Under the pieces are notes generated by a model that did no database searches, was not told the DNA's origin, and saw only the letters and a list, made by a program, of their open reading frames with translations. 64,000 nucleotides of DNA from a phage, in sequence record PZ386948.1, one strand, 5' to 3'. A program made the position numbers and the translations under genes. The first letter of the stretch is position 1, and each line of letters starts with the position of its first letter. Of this stretch, positions 1-8,467 are shown piece after piece.

Positions 1-243
1 CATCCACAGTTCAACTAAAAGTTCTTTCTTATTTGTGCTGTTTATTAATTGACCTTTCTTTACATCACGAAATGGTTTGCCAAAAAGCCCAAATGTGATG
101 GCTTCTAACATAGTAGACTTACCACCGCCATTTCGGCCAGTAATAAGAGTTTTTTGAACCTTATCTAATTGAATGTCAACTCCATTTTGACCAACTGACA
201 TTATATTTTTATATTTTACTCTATTAAGTTTAAATGATTTCAT
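1..243 (-). CDS. 46: Recombination nuclease ATPase subunit gp46 (Rad50/SbcC-like), N-terminal 81 codons; gene runs off the window start
   Basis: Minus-strand ATG at 241-243 gives MKSFKLNRVKYKNIMSVGQ...GRNGGGKSTMLEAITFGLFGKPF (P-loop), open to position 1; lies downstream of gene 47 as in T4. Confidence 0.85.
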   Translation of the reverse strand, partial: MKSFKLNRVKYKNIMSVGQNGVDIQLDKVQKTLITGRNGGGKSTMLEAITFGLFGKPFRDVKKGQLINSTNKKELLVELWM

Positions 244-258
244 TTTGTATCCAATTGT

Positions 259-1113
259 TCACAATGAAGAAAATTCTTTAACTAAAGCCTGTAATGAAGC
301 CTCTATTGGATATCCATTCTTAACTAACATTTTCCTAAACATTACATGTTTAGGACGATTATATGATATCCACAATTCATACAATTTATCTTTATTATCC
401 CAATGATAGCCTTTTCGTCGAGATGCTATATGAGCTTTTCTAATCTCCGGATTTTTCCAACTAGCAGCTACTGAATTTGATATAGCTATTTTATATTCAG
501 GTTTTGATAAAGCAGCACGAACAGCCTTTTGGTGTTTAATTTTATTTTCTTCGTTATTAAACCATTCCCTTGAAGCCATTGAAATTTTTTGTTTTGTTTT
601 AAAATTATTTAATCTTTCTTTATTATCTTTCCTATTTTTTGCTACTGAAAAATATTTTAATGCCCTTTCTCTAGCAGCATTTCTATTTTGCGGATTTGAA
701 TAATACTGTTGAAGCCTTTTTGATATTGTGTCACTTACATCTTGTTTTATAAAACTATATTCAGCAGCTATTAAATCAACTTCGGCTAAAGATAAATTTT
801 TATATGTTTTTCCTGACATCATTCTATTTAAAGCATTTAGCATTTTTCCATTTTTACCTTTTGCTAATAAGAAGTGTGCTTTAAAATGATTAAAATGACT
901 TAAATTAACTAAATTCCATGTAGATTTTAAATATTCAGGAAATATTGATTTAGGAAGCACGTGGTGTGCTTCCGTTTTACCTGGAGTTTTAACAGTTGAA
1001 TTCACAGAAATAAAATTAATGTAAGACTTGGCGTCTTCTTCACTCAACGCTAATTTTTCAACTAATTCCTTTATTAAAAATTCATCATTAATGTCAAGTT
1101 TAAAATTCTTCAC
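259..1113 (-). CDS. Freestanding HNH-family homing endonuclease (mob-like)
   Basis: 284-aa ORF with HHVLPKS...NLVNLSHFNHFKAH motif; probable GTG start at 1113 with AAGGAA RBS; paralog of ORF 20989-21768. Confidence 0.8.
   Translation of the reverse strand: MKNFKLDINDEFLIKELVEKLALSEEDAKSYINFISVNSTVKTPGKTEAHHVLPKSIFPEYLKSTWNLVNLSHFNHFKAHFLLAKGKNGKMLNALNRMMSGKTYKNLSLAEVDLIAAEYSFIKQDVSDTISKRLQQYYSNPQNRNAARERALKYFSVAKNRKDNKERLNNFKTKQKISMASREWFNNEENKIKHQKAVRAALSKPEYKIAISNSVAASWKNPEIRKAHIASRRKGYHWDNKDKLYELWISYNRPKHVMFRKMLVKNGYPIEASLQALVKEFSSL
1079..1113. repeat. Imperfect 35-bp direct repeat, copy A (5' end of the HNH gene); copy B at 1282-1316
   Basis: aattcatcattaatgtcaag... vs aattcatcattaatgtcaaa...; first 19 nt identical, 28/35 overall. 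Confidence 0.7.
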
Positions 1114-1316
1114 AAAAGATTCCTTTTAATGTATCTTTTAGACCATTCTATCATATCATCATAATCTAAAAAGTATTCATCAAATTCAGCCATGCAAACA
1201 ACGCCTTGTGCTGCTTTTGATGTGATATAAATTATTCCAACATATCTAGAATCTTCTTCGGTGTAATCAATATTTGCTATGAATTCATCATTAATGTCAA
1301 ATGTCGAAAACTTCAC
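1110..1316 (-). CDS. Hypothetical small protein; N-terminus homologous to the HNH N-terminus
   Basis: ORF with probable GTG start at 1316 plus RBS (VKFSTFDINDEF... vs HNH VKNFKLDINDEF...); track ORF 1110-1373 is probably over-extended. Confidence 0.4.
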   Translation of the reverse strand: MKFSTFDINDEFIANIDYTEEDSRYVGIIYITSKAAQGVVCMAEFDEYFLDYDDMIEWSKRYIKRNLL

Positions 1317-1560
1317 AGTATGCATCCTTAATACAAGATACAGCCATATCTCGTAATGATTTAGGTGTGTCATTATCTAAAATGTTGAAGTTAAAAGATA
1401 CAGCCCAGTCAGTGCAGACTGTAACCTTTTTAATACAATTATCTTCAACCTCTAGCGGTTCAAACCAATATTCAATAATTTCTTTATGACCAATATCATC
1501 TTTTACTTCGCATTCAAAATGCTGACTCATCATAACATTTTTAAATTCATCAAAAGTCAT
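1297..1560 (-). CDS. Hypothetical protein
   Basis: 87-aa ORF; start overlaps the gp47 stop (translational coupling geometry). Confidence 0.45.
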   Translation of the reverse strand: MTFDEFKNVMMSQHFECEVKDDIGHKEIIEYWFEPLEVEDNCIKKVTVCTDWAVSFNFNILDNDTPKSLRDMAVSCIKDAYCEVFDI

Positions 1561-2576
1561 TGTGTTGCCTCTACATATAGCTGATTCGCATATTGAATAA
1601 GTGCTTCACGGTCAGAATCAGTGATGTCTGGAATTGCATTAATGTATTCTTCCATCAACGTCTGAAGAGATTGAACTTCAACTTCTTCACTTTCATCTGA
1701 CTCGACAGAGTTATCAATTTTTGACACAACTCGTAATGAATGCACAACTTTTTCTAGTTCAGATTCGAACTTCGTCAGATTTTTGTCTACCTCAGTTACT
1801 ATAACACGTACTGATAGATTTGTAAAATCTTTATAGTCAATTTTTCCTTTAAATGGATAATGAATTCTACGATGCCAGGTAGTATTGTTTGGAATAAATT
1901 CCATTCGTTCTGTTTCTGTATCAAACATCCAGAACCCACGAGGGTCATTCTCGTCACCTGCAGTTAGTGTCCATGGTGTCCCAATATATCTGACGTTAGC
2001 AGCCTCAGAGATAGTATGGAAGTGACCAGACCACACCTCTTTATAAGTCTTAAGGAAATCAGGTTCAAGACCGTGAGATTTCATTCCTTTATAAAAATAA
2101 AATCCATTCAGCTCCCAGTGACCAACACAAAAAGAAGCAGATGAAGTTTTGATGTGTTCAAGAATTTCACCAGTATTTTCTTCACACATCCAAGGAATTA
2201 AATCAATCAAACATCCGTCAAAATCTACTGTAGTAGGCTTATCATACACTTTAACATTAGGATATTTAGCCAAAAGCTCAGTAGAGGCATTTGGAGTTAA
2301 AGTATTTTTAAAGTGCATATCATGGTTTCCTACAACAGTATGTAGGGTAATACCAGCATCATCAAGCATTTGAACTATTTCACGAGCGAACTCCATAGTT
2401 TTATGTGTGATTGCTTTTCGCACATCAAAAATATCACCATATTGAATCCATACAGTAATTCCATTTTTCTTAGAATATTCTATCGCTTGCTTAATTCCAT
2501 CAATTTGAATACCGCGAATCCACTCATCATCGGCTTTAACGCCTAAATGCCAATCACCTAAATTTAAAATTTTCAT
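1557..2576 (-). CDS. 47: Recombination endonuclease subunit gp47 (Mre11/SbcD-like phosphoesterase)
   Basis: 339 aa; LGDWHLG...GDIFD...GNHD metallophosphoesterase motifs; T4 order a-gt/47/46. Confidence 0.9.
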   Translation of the reverse strand: MKILNLGDWHLGVKADDEWIRGIQIDGIKQAIEYSKKNGITVWIQYGDIFDVRKAITHKTMEFAREIVQMLDDAGITLHTVVGNHDMHFKNTLTPNASTELLAKYPNVKVYDKPTTVDFDGCLIDLIPWMCEENTGEILEHIKTSSASFCVGHWELNGFYFYKGMKSHGLEPDFLKTYKEVWSGHFHTISEAANVRYIGTPWTLTAGDENDPRGFWMFDTETERMEFIPNNTTWHRRIHYPFKGKIDYKDFTNLSVRVIVTEVDKNLTKFESELEKVVHSLRVVSKIDNSVESDESEEVEVQSLQTLMEEYINAIPDITDSDREALIQYANQLYVEATQ

Positions 2577-2737
2577 ATATCAAGAACCGTCATTGAAATG
2601 CAAAATAAAATTATTGAAATAAACCCATCTGGTGTGCTAAAGAACCCAATCCAACATGCTCTAGTGAATAGATAAAATGCAAGAAAAAGTATCACATATC
2701 CAAGAAATATCATTATATCAAACTCCGTATAAAGCTA

Positions 2738-2756
2738 AAGGGCCGAAGCCCTTTAT
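2738..2756. terminator. GC hairpin (aagggc-cgaa-gccctt) at the a-gt 3' end; possible terminator/attenuator
   Basis: Perfect 6-bp stem with CGAA loop followed by T-rich tract; overlaps the a-gt stop codon. Confidence 0.35.
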
Positions 2757-3955
2757 TTTGTAATAATGTCAAACTGTTCTTTAAAGCAGAAGCTTGAATC
2801 TTGATGCTGATACAAAAATTCATATGCTTTTTCTCGCTCACGGTCATAAAGAGCTCGGTCAGATGACAGTTCTTTAATACGTTCAAATGTTGATTCCATA
2901 TCATTTTCATCAAACCAAATGATACCGCTATCATGCGAGGTCAAAGGAGTATTATCAACACGGAATTTTAAATTTTCGCCAGTAGATTTCCAAAATACCG
3001 GAATTGTTCCACATGCACCAAGCTCGAGATGAGTATATTCTAAAGAACGTTGTAGATATTTTTTATCCAACTTACTCAACTGATAACCAAATCCGGATTT
3101 ACTCATACGTTCAAGCATTTCGCTATTTACATAACGGTCAAGAATTTGCGTTGGCAAATTAGGAGCAATTTTAATTTGGTCTACTTGATGAAGACGATAA
3201 TACTCGTATGGAATTCCTTTTTCTTTAATAGGAATGAACGCTGGAGAACGTTCCAGACCTTCCATAATAGTACTTAGTCCTGCAGGTTTAAGATGTTTTT
3301 CGTGAAAATCAAACATCTGATAAAAACCTTTCCATGTAGTCGTACGACCAATCCAACGGTTGATATTCATGTTAATTTCAGAAACATCTTTCCAGTAGGT
3401 TGACCGAACCTTCGCAATATCCATAGGAGGCTGAAAGTTATATACTGTCGGTGCTTCTTCAATATCATCAAACAGAGAAACTGTTTCTGGATACCATTCT
3501 TTCATCAGAACTTTATTAAAATCGCCATTATCAGAATGACTAAAAATAACATCAGCTCGACGAACAGTTTCTTCTAATCCCAAATTTCGGCGCAAAGAAA
3601 GAGAAGAATGGTCATGTTGATAAACTACAACACGAACAGAAGGTTTAATGTTATCAATAATTTTTTTATAGTTATTAATAGTGTCTTCTTCAACCGAAGT
3701 AGCAGGAACTGAATTGATAATTAGAATATCACAATCATTTACCAGCTTAAGTGTTTTATCATATTCTTTTGCCAATAAAACCGGAATTGAAAATGATTTA
3801 TAATCATGCGCGCAATTACGAGTAAATGATTTATCTTTAGCATAAACCAAAGTTACTTCATGACCATTTTTAATAAACCAATCACGTTGCTCAAGAGAAA
3901 ATTTAGTTACACCACAACCTTCAAGACCTCGAGCCATAAAAATACATACTTTCAT
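2753..3955 (-). CDS. a-gt: DNA alpha-glucosyltransferase
   Basis: 400 aa; MKVCIFMARGLEGCGVTKFSLEQRDWF... matches my recollection of T4 AGT; position between 55 and 47. Confidence 0.9.
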   Translation of the reverse strand: MKVCIFMARGLEGCGVTKFSLEQRDWFIKNGHEVTLVYAKDKSFTRNCAHDYKSFSIPVLLAKEYDKTLKLVNDCDILIINSVPATSVEEDTINNYKKIIDNIKPSVRVVVYQHDHSSLSLRRNLGLEETVRRADVIFSHSDNGDFNKVLMKEWYPETVSLFDDIEEAPTVYNFQPPMDIAKVRSTYWKDVSEINMNINRWIGRTTTWKGFYQMFDFHEKHLKPAGLSTIMEGLERSPAFIPIKEKGIPYEYYRLHQVDQIKIAPNLPTQILDRYVNSEMLERMSKSGFGYQLSKLDKKYLQRSLEYTHLELGACGTIPVFWKSTGENLKFRVDNTPLTSHDSGIIWFDENDMESTFERIKELSSDRALYDREREKAYEFLYQHQDSSFCFKEQFDIITK

Positions 3956-4370
3956 TTAATATCCTCTTTGTTTTGGTTTATTTTACCAAAAATTTATAAA
4001 GCAATATAGGAGCCGAAGCTCCTATCCACATAATACGCCATACAGAGACTCGTTAGAACTTTTAAATTTTATGCGCTTATATGTTATAGTTCCTTCTGCT
4101 TTAGCTTTATCATGAGACTCTTTAAAGCGTCTCATCATTTCCTCTTTAGAGGAACGAATTTTATTATAATCTATTTCAGAAGTCTGGATGTTCATCTTTC
4201 ACAGTTGCCACCATTTTTTGACTTGATAAGAATCAACCCACACTTTCATATTAGGGTCTGCTCTTACAATAGGAGGATTAACTTCTTTAATTGAACTATC
4301 ATGGTATTCTTTTTCAGAAATTTTCACACAAAGATGACCATTCAAAGATTCAGTAAATCCTGCATTAATT

Positions 4371-4688
4371 TTAAGACGCTTGAATTTTACGTGTGTAAGC
4401 ATCAATCATATCCTCAATTTGCGATCTAGTAGTCTTCCAAAGAATACTGATGAGTTCATCGTTATATGGCTGTTTTAGAATATCCCGACTTTTCTTGATA
4501 GCATATTCGTATTGAGCAAAATTATTGTTTTCAGCTGCGATCTGAGCGTGCTTATAAAGACGATTCAGTTCGCGTTTGTTTTTAGACAATAACTTATTTG
4601 CTTTTCTTTCTGCTTCAAGACGGTTCTTTTCTTCAATAGAAGAAATAAGCTTTTCCACTTCATCATTAATTTCGGGTTTATCAGTCAT
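4371..4688 (-). CDS. Hypothetical protein (coiled-coil, charged)
   Basis: 105-aa ORF in the minus-strand early gene run. Confidence 0.5.
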   Translation of the reverse strand: MTDKPEINDEVEKLISSIEEKNRLEAERKANKLLSKNKRELNRLYKHAQIAAENNNFAQYEYAIKKSRDILKQPYNDELISILWKTTRSQIEDMIDAYTRKIQAS

Positions 4689-4689
4689 A

Positions 4690-4908
4690 TTATTTCTCTA
4701 ATATAAAATAAAAATCATCATCTGTTAAATGATACCTGTAATTTAATTCTACACCATTAGATTTAAAAGCGGTATCATACGGATTTTCTGGATCAATATC
4801 AATGTCAAGAGCTAAAACTTCCCTGAGATACATTTTAAGTAAATAGGGAATAGCTTCAACTTCAGGTATTTCTTCCAAGAATCCGGAGAGGTTAATCGTT
4901 AGCCTCAT
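4690..4908 (-). CDS. Hypothetical protein
   Basis: 72-aa ORF immediately downstream of gene 55. Confidence 0.5.
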
Positions 4909-5449
4909 ATAAAAAATCCAAACTAGGAGAATCGTCTACAACACTTTTCTTTTCAGCCCCCGGTGTTCTATAGGTTGATTCTTCGTAATGCGTCATTTTA
5001 TCGTAAATGTCTTGAATAAAAGTTTCATCTACTAACGCAACCATATCGTCGTCACGGCTGTCATAGACATTGTGAACGAAGTAACTATATTTCTTTGCAA
5101 CTTCCTTACGTTCTTTTTTAATACGTTGGACGAATGCATTAAAACAAGCTTGAGTTATATACGCATGTGGGTTTTTATATTTCGTTTCATCAAAATTATG
5201 AAGCCCCTTAATAGAAGCTTCTATACCATCTGCAATCATTTCTTGTTTCCAAGACTGGGTGTATCCTGAAAAGTTGAAACGTTTAGATAAGCCTTCTGCA
5301 ATAAGCATAATGGCTAATCCGATAGTATCATTCTGACGAACTACTTTATTTGGGTCTTTATTATTTGCTAATTCTGTTTTCCAATCAATAATAGCTTGTA
5401 AAAGCTCTTTATTGTTTACGTAATTATATTTAGGCTTAGTTTCTGACAT
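4892..5449 (-). CDS. 55: Late-transcription sigma factor gp55
   Basis: [24 protein letters not shown]...; 185 aa from ATG at 5449 with RBS; track ORF starts 2 codons earlier at GTG. Confidence 0.85.
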
Positions 5450-5527
5450 TTTCACCTCTTAGCTCAATTCATAGATCTATTATATCATAATATTTGAAGA
5501 TCTATCTTAAAGCATAGAGGATATCAG

Positions 5528-5797
5528 TTATCTAAGTAAACAGTATGCTTGGAACACTTTATCCATCATCTTTTTAAATTCATGAATATCTATATAATGA
5601 CTAGTTAGATCAGCATGATATAAAAAGTCTAAAAACTTTTCATGTGTACTAACATATTCACTTTCATTTAATTCAGAAACATGACTTTCCCAATATCCAA
5701 CACCAGTCTTATTTGGGAAAAATGAAATTTTCATGTATTGGTCAACATAGAAAATGCCATAATTTTCAATAGTAATAGAAATATTAATAAATTTCAT
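5528..5797 (-). CDS. Hypothetical protein
   Basis: 89-aa ORF, tightly packed with neighbours. Confidence 0.5.
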   Translation of the reverse strand: MKFINISITIENYGIFYVDQYMKISFFPNKTGVGYWESHVSELNESEYVSTHEKFLDFLYHADLTSHYIDIHEFKKMMDKVFQAYCLLR

Positions 5798-6015
5798 ACA
5801 TTCATCAACTTAGCCGCTTCAAGAGCTGCATCTAGTGAATCAAATTGATCAACATATTCAATCAATTCGCCGTAATTGGCATATAACCACCATTGGCTAA
5901 ATTCATACTCAAGGATGAATCCGTTTCCTTCAATTTGAGTTAAACCAATGCCATTTGTATTTACTTCATATCCGGCAAGACGCAAATCGTTAATAAGAGC
6001 TTCGTTCATATTCAT
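5794..6015 (-). CDS. Hypothetical protein
   Basis: 73-aa ORF; overlapping start/stop with neighbours. Confidence 0.5.
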   Translation of the reverse strand: MNMNEALINDLRLAGYEVNTNGIGLTQIEGNGFILEYEFSQWWLYANYGELIEYVDQFDSLDAALEAAKLMNV

Positions 6016-6338
6016 ACCTTAGCAATTTTCAGGTCTGCAAATTTTTTCTTGCGTTGATTTTTCATGCGACGAATAGTTTTATCGGAAATTTCATGCTTTT
6101 GATAAGCTTTAGATTCTACGCCAAAAGCTTTAACATCAAATTCCGACAAGATATATTGAACCAGCAATTCACGGACAGTATTACGTCCAATCTTCTGATC
6201 ATTCTGTTTCATCGTCTGATGAAGCTCTTTTTCCCATTTATCCAAAATTTGAGGAGTTACAATATCGCCTTTTTCTAACAAAGAAACTACTTTATCATAT
6301 GCGTAAGAATTGATGGCGTTTTTAATTTGAATAGTCAT
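6012..6338 (-). CDS. Hypothetical protein
   Basis: 108-aa ORF. Confidence 0.5.
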   Translation of the reverse strand: MTIQIKNAINSYAYDKVVSLLEKGDIVTPQILDKWEKELHQTMKQNDQKIGRNTVRELLVQYILSEFDVKAFGVESKAYQKHEISDKTIRRMKNQRKKKFADLKIAKV

Positions 6339-6371
6339 ACATTATCCTCAATTACGTTAAAATTTTATTAT

Positions 6372-6393
6372 CCAAAAAGGGCCGAAGCCCTTA
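6372..6393 (-). terminator. Rho-independent terminator
   Basis: Minus-strand RNA forms aagggc-uucg-gcccuu followed by UUUUU. Confidence 0.6.
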
Positions 6394-6591
6394 GCTAAAC
6401 TTTTTGGCACCCTTCCAGCCTTCATACATCATTGCGGCTGATATTAATATTGCTCCTGAGCAACTTGAATATTTGTGATTCCAAAACCAGTTTAGAAAAA
6501 CTTCATCATCAATACCTTGGGCTATCATATTTTCAAAGAACTGACGACGAGATTCGGCAATTCGTTGTGATAATTTAGATTCAGGATTCAT
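6391..6591 (-). CDS. Hypothetical protein
   Basis: 66-aa ORF. Confidence 0.45.
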   Translation of the reverse strand: MNPESKLSQRIAESRRQFFENMIAQGIDDEVFLNWFWNHKYSSCSGAILISAAMMYEGWKGAKKFS

Positions 6592-6723
6592 TTAAATTTT
6601 CCAGTTACCGTTTTCATCAATAAATTTAATCCAGTCATTTACTGACCACTTAGTTGTATCGCCTTTTGGAGTAGCATTTAAAGTATATAGTCCTTGCTTA
6701 AAAAGCATTCGTTTGATATTCAT
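6592..6723 (-). CDS. Hypothetical small protein
   Basis: Internal ATG at 6723 with GAGGA RBS; track ORF 6592-6807 is likely over-extended. Confidence 0.35.
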   Translation of the reverse strand: MNIKRMLFKQGLYTLNATPKGDTTKWSVNDWIKFIDENGNWKI

Positions 6724-6730
6724 ATTTTCC

Positions 6731-7024
6731 TCAGCTATAACGATAACACTCGTTTGATTTACGTTTAGCAACTCGTTGAGAAGTATTATAATCAAAATCA
6801 TCGTCAATGTAAACAGATTTTTTCAACTTTCTTACTTCGCCGCGTAATTGACGATTTAGCTCATCTTTAACTTCTGAATCAATACCTTTCATTCTACGCC
6901 ATTTATCTGAGCGAAAAATGTTTTCAACCATATCTTTATGACTTACACCATCAGGAGCTTTACGCTTTCCGAAATAGTCATAATCACGCACTTTTAAGTC
7001 TTTACGACGATACGTTTTACCCAT
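6731..7024 (-). CDS. Hypothetical basic protein
   Basis: ATG at 7024 with AAGGAAA RBS (MGKTYRRKDL...). Confidence 0.45.
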   Translation of the reverse strand: MGKTYRRKDLKVRDYDYFGKRKAPDGVSHKDMVENIFRSDKWRRMKGIDSEVKDELNRQLRGEVRKLKKSVYIDDDFDYNTSQRVAKRKSNECYRYS

Positions 7025-7199
7025 GGAGTTTAATTTCCTTAGCAACTGAACTAAATACAGCACGATCACAAATCATACGTTTATGTAACTTGAGTATAAT
7101 ATAGCAAACTTCAAAACTATTTACATGAGTAACACGAACAGCATTACCATTAATGAGATAATACTGTCCCTTTTTAATTTCTTTATCAACCACAACCAT
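7017..7199 (-). CDS. Hypothetical protein
   Basis: 60-aa ORF with GAGG RBS, downstream of the promoter at 7228-7260. Confidence 0.45.
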   Translation of the reverse strand: MVVVDKEIKKGQYYLINGNAVRVTHVNSFEVCYIILKLHKRMICDRAVFSSVAKEIKLHG

Positions 7200-7227
7200 A
7201 TCAATTCCTCAAAGGTAATTCATATGT

Positions 7228-7260
7228 TAATAATACCACGGTTTGAACTTGTTGTAAACA
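7228..7260 (-). promoter_or_regulatory. T4-type early promoter
   Basis: Minus strand GTTTAC (7254-7259), 18-bp spacer, TATTAT. Confidence 0.5.
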
Positions 7261-7330
7261 ACTTTGTGAAAATTATTTTAGGGAATGATAAGAAAGGAAC
7301 GATAGCTTAGAATGGTAATATACAGAATGT

Positions 7331-7354
7331 GAGAAAGAAAGGCCCAGAGGGCCC
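7331..7354 (-). terminator. Rho-independent terminator after nrdH
   Basis: ggccc-aga-gggcc hairpin followed by U-rich tract on the minus strand. Confidence 0.55.
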
Positions 7355-7357
7355 GTC

Positions 7358-7666
7358 TTAATCTTCTATGATATCTCTATCATATCCAAGTGAAATGAGA
7401 GTTTCTTTGAAGTGTTTAATGTTCTTTTGTCTAGAATCATTAATGAAAATGACTGGATAACGAATGTTAAGAGATGTGAATCCAGCGCGTTTAGCAAGAG
7501 ATACAATCAGTGGACGATCATACTCAATCTTACCGTTATTTGTAAGAACTTTATAGAAAGTAAAAGGAGCATTGAGCTCCTTTAGAAGTTTTGTAACTGA
7601 TTGACATCCAGGACAACGACCTACTTCATCTGGAATTCCATAGACTTCAATCTTATTTTGTTTCAC
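7358..7666 (-). CDS. nrdH: Glutaredoxin-like protein NrdH
   Basis: 102 aa; CPGC redox motif near the N-terminus; adjacent to nrdG/nrdD. Confidence 0.7.
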   Translation of the reverse strand: MKQNKIEVYGIPDEVGRCPGCQSVTKLLKELNAPFTFYKVLTNNGKIEYDRPLIVSLAKRAGFTSLNIRYPVIFINDSRQKNIKHFKETLISLGYDRDIIED

Positions 7667-7668
7667 AA

Positions 7669-7881
7669 CTATTCCTTACTAAGAGCAGCATTCAGCTTGT
7701 TAGTAATTTTATCCAGACGCTCATTGAACTCACTAGAAGATAAGCCTTTTTCTGGAGAAATTAAGCTAATCACGAAAAATACAACAATAAAAGGAATAAG
7801 GAAAATAGCTCCAACTGCCATAAACAGAAAGAATGTTACAGTTGTAAGAAAATCAGCTAAACCTTTACGAAATTTATACAT
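7669..7881 (-). CDS. Small membrane protein
   Basis: 70 aa with one hydrophobic helix (FFLFMAVGAIFLIPFIVVFFVISLI). Confidence 0.5.
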   Translation of the reverse strand: MYKFRKGLADFLTTVTFFLFMAVGAIFLIPFIVVFFVISLISPEKGLSSSEFNERLDKITNKLNAALSKE

Positions 7882-7996
7882 ATTTTACCCTTAATTGATT
7901 AACCAAGCATTGATAAGCACTAAACTATACTGCGAATAAAATTCTGGACCAAAATGAAAAATCATATCATTTATAGTATCCATAATGTAATTCAAT

Positions 7997-8467
7997 TTAA
8001 TCATGTTTCCACACCCCATCGGTATTTGACCAAAGCCGCTGATTATCTGATCCTCTCCACAGCTTTTTGGTCGGAAGATTTTTCTCATACTTCCCATCAA
8101 TAATAACATCAACATATTTAAGCATTTCTAGTTGTTTAATATCTTCAAACTTATATCCTGTCCACAACCAAATGCTTTTATTTGGATAAAGATTTTTTAC
8201 TGTTTGAACAATGCAATGAATAACATCTCGATTATCAGGATAGAGAGGGTCTCCTCCAGTTATAGTTAATCCTTCTATATAATCATTATTCAAACATTCA
8301 ATTAATTGTTCTAGTGTTTCACCAGTAAATGGAATACCATTTCTAGCATTCCATGTTGATTTATTATAACACCCTTCGCATTTATGCAAACAACCTGTAA
8401 CGAAAAGAACGGCCCTGCATCCAGGGCCGTTCACAAAATCGCAAGGATAAAATCTATCATAATTCAT
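7997..8467 (-). CDS. nrdG: Anaerobic ribonucleotide reductase activating protein (radical SAM)
   Basis: 156 aa; CLHKCEGC radical-SAM cysteine motif; overlaps the nrdD stop. Confidence 0.9.
   Translation of the reverse strand: MNYDRFYPCDFVNGPGCRAVLFVTGCLHKCEGCYNKSTWNARNGIPFTGETLEQLIECLNNDYIEGLTITGGDPLYPDNRDVIHCIVQTVKNLYPNKSIWLWTGYKFEDIKQLEMLKYVDVIIDGKYEKNLPTKKLWRGSDNQRLWSNTDGVWKHD

Noticed and set aside
7891-8115. 74-aa ORF overlapping the 3' end of nrdG
   Set aside because: Largely overlaps nrdG in another frame; no independent support.
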